From the IMG/VR virus record IMGVR_UViG_2541047684_000007: a DNA stretch of 36,787 bases; one strand, 5' to 3'. The position numbers and the translations under genes were made by a program. This DNA comes from a virus. Its lineage: Duplodnaviria; Heunggongvirae; Uroviricota; Caudoviricetes. The notes under the pieces are model-generated. The model was not told where the DNA came from and did no database searches. It saw nothing but the letters and a program-made list of their open reading frames with translations. Below are positions 35,074 through 36,787 of the stretch, piece after piece (the stretch's first letter is position 1; every line of letters starts with the position of its first letter).

Positions 35074-36787
35074 ACCGGTAGGCGATCTGGTCGTTGATTT
35101 AAGTCTGGATGCGGCCAGATTTGACGAGCAGATGGCCAGAGTCAGGCGTCATTTTTCCGGTACGGAAAGTGATGCGAAAAAAACAGCGGCAGTCGTTGAA
35201 CAGTCGCTGAGCCGACAGGCGCTGGCTGCACAGAAAGCGGGGATTTCCGTCGGGCAGTATAAAGCCGCCATGCGTATGCTGCCTGCACAGTTCACCGACG
35301 TGGCCACGCAGCTTGCAGGCGGGCAAAGCCCGTGGCTGATCCTGCTGCAACAGGGTGGTCAGGTTAAGGACTCCTTCGGCGGGATGATCCCCATGTTCCG
35401 GGGGCTTGCCGGTGCGATCACCCTGCCGATGGTCGGGGCCACCTCGCTGGCGGTGGCGACCGGTGCGCTGGCGTATGCCTGGTATCAGGGTAACTCAACC
35501 CTGTCCGATTTCAACAAAACGCTGGTCCTTTCCGGCAATCAGTCGGGTCTGACGGCAGATCGTATGCTGGTCCTGTCCAGAGCCGGGCAGGCGGCAGGGC
35601 TGACGTTTAACCAGACCAGCGAGTCACTCAGCGCACTGGTTAAGGCGGGAGTAAGCGGTGAGGCTCAGATTGCATCCATCAGCCAGAGTGTGGCGCGTTT
35701 CTCCTCTGCATCCGGCGTGGAGGTGGACAAGGTCGCTGAAGCCTTCGGGAAGCTGACCACTGACCCGACGTCGGGGCTGACGGCGATGGCGCGCCAGTTC
35801 CATAACGTAACGGCGGAGCAGATTGCGTATGTTGCTCAGTTGCAGCGTTCCGGCGATGAATCCGGGGCATTGCAGGCGGCGAACGAGGCCGCAACGAAAG
35901 GGTTTGATGACCAGACCCGACGCCTGAAAGAGAACATGGGCACGCTGGAAACCTGGGCAGACAGGACAGCACGGGCATTCAAATCCATGTGGGATGCGGT
36001 GCTGGATATTGGTCGTCCTGATACCGCTCAGGAGATGCTGATTAAGGCAGAGGCTGCGTTTAAGAAAGCGGACGACATCTGGAATCTGCGCAAGGATGAT
36101 TATTTTGTTAACGATGAAGCGCGGGCGCGTTACTGGGATGATCGTGAAAAGGCCCGTCTTGCGCTTGAAGCCGCCCGAAAGAAGGCTGAACAGCAGAGTC
36201 AACAGGACAAAAATGCGCAGCAGCAGAGCGATACCGAAGCATCACGGCTGAAATATACCGAAGAGGCGCAGAAGGCTTACGAACGGCTGCAGACACCGCT
36301 GGAGAAATATACCGCCCGTCAGGAAGAACTGAACAAGGCACTGAAAGACGGGAAAATCCTGCAGGCAGATTACAACACGCTGATGGCGGCGGCGAAAAAG
36401 GATTATGAAGCGACGCTGAAAAAGCCGAAACAGTCCGGCGTGAAGGTGTCTGCGGGCGATCGTCAGGAAGACAGTGCTCATGCTGCCCTGCTGACGCTTC
36501 AGGCTGAACTCCGGACGCTGGAGAAGCATGCCGGAGCAAATGAGAAAATCAGCCAGCAGCGCCGGGATTTGTGGAAGGCGGAGAGTCAGTTCGCGGTACT
36601 GGAGGAGGCGGCGCAACGTCGCCAGCTGTCTGCACAGGAGAAATCCCTGCTGGCGCATAAAGATGAGACGCTGGAGTACAAACGCCAGCTGGCTGCACTT
36701 GGCGACAAGGTTACGTATCAGGAGCGCCTGAACGCGCTGGCGCAGCAGGCGGATAAATTCGCACAGCAGCAACGGGCAAAACGGGCC
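35066..36787 (+). CDS. H: Tail tape-measure protein H (5' part only; continues past the window end)
   Basis: ATG at 35066 overlapping the T stop. Open in frame to the last base of the window (574 codons) and absent from the track because no stop is reached. The translation starts MAEPVGDLVVDLSLDAARFDEQMARVRRHF..., matching lambda gpH. Confidence 0.9.
   Translation, partial: MAEPVGDLVVDLSLDAARFDEQMARVRRHFSGTESDAKKTAAVVEQSLSRQALAAQKAGISVGQYKAAMRMLPAQFTDVATQLAGGQSPWLILLQQGGQVKDSFGGMIPMFRGLAGAITLPMVGATSLAVATGALAYAWYQGNSTLSDFNKTLVLSGNQSGLTADRMLVLSRAGQAAGLTFNQTSESLSALVKAGVSGEAQIASISQSVARFSSASGVEVDKVAEAFGKLTTDPTSGLTAMARQFHNVTAEQIAYVAQLQRSGDESGALQAANEAATKGFDDQTRRLKENMGTLETWADRTARAFKSMWDAVLDIGRPDTAQEMLIKAEAAFKKADDIWNLRKDDYFVNDEARARYWDDREKARLALEAARKKAEQQSQQDKNAQQQSDTEASRLKYTEEAQKAYERLQTPLEKYTARQEELNKALKDGKILQADYNTLMAAAKKDYEATLKKPKQSGVKVSAGDRQEDSAHAALLTLQAELRTLEKHAGANEKISQQRRDLWKAESQFAVLEEAAQRRQLSAQEKSLLAHKDETLEYKRQLAALGDKVTYQERLNALAQQADKFAQQQRAKRA

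Larger units (their letters stand above)
1..36787. mobile_element. Lambdoid prophage (integrated order int ... H), extending beyond both window edges
   Basis: Colinear lambda-like gene order and many translations near-identical to remembered lambda proteins (Exo, Bet, Gam, cII, O, P, V, H). The int stop codon is at pos 1-3, so att sites are outside the window. Confidence 0.9.

Noticed and set aside
1-36787. tRNA genes, rRNA genes, IS elements or transposases
   Set aside because: No transposase-like ORF, terminal inverted repeats flanking a transposase, or tRNA-like cloverleaf region was seen. The only mobile element supported is the prophage itself. A covariance-model scan was not possible, so small RNAs cannot be fully excluded.

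Overview
The window is almost entirely one lambdoid prophage in integrated gene order, running from the integrase stop codon (pos 1-3) to a 3'-truncated tape-measure gene H at the window end; attL/attR lie outside. Order: int-xis, early-left accessory ORFs (ea22-like, TraR/DksA zinc finger, orf63/orf60a-like), exo-bet-gam-kil-cIII-ea10-ral-sieB-N, immunity region (cI, cro, cII), O (with ori iterons), P, ren, nin region (ninB, Dam-type methyltransferase, ninE, ninF-like, rusA), Q, a porin moron, pinholin/SAR-endolysin/Rz/Rz1 lysis cassette, bor, cos, Nu1-A-W-B-C-D-E-FI-FII-Z-U-V-G/T-H. Assignments rest on reading the supplied translations against remembered lambda/DLP12/P22 protein sequences; no database search was run. 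Most interesting: (1) a translationally coupled, AT-rich two-gene cassette of unrecognisable proteins sits exactly where lambda carries rexA-rexB, co-oriented with cI and closed by its own terminator, making it a candidate undescribed prophage-encoded defence/exclusion system; (2) a 2,012-bp imperfect tandem duplication spans the terminase-A 3' end, W and the portal-B 5' end, leaving intact A, W and B plus a truncated portal fragment and a terminase C-terminal fragment with a junction-created start. Other notable points: a hybrid cI, candidate P22-type nut sites, an orphan methyltransferase, a TonB-C-like lipoprotein moron, and a triplicated motif in the C/Nu3 scaffold region.
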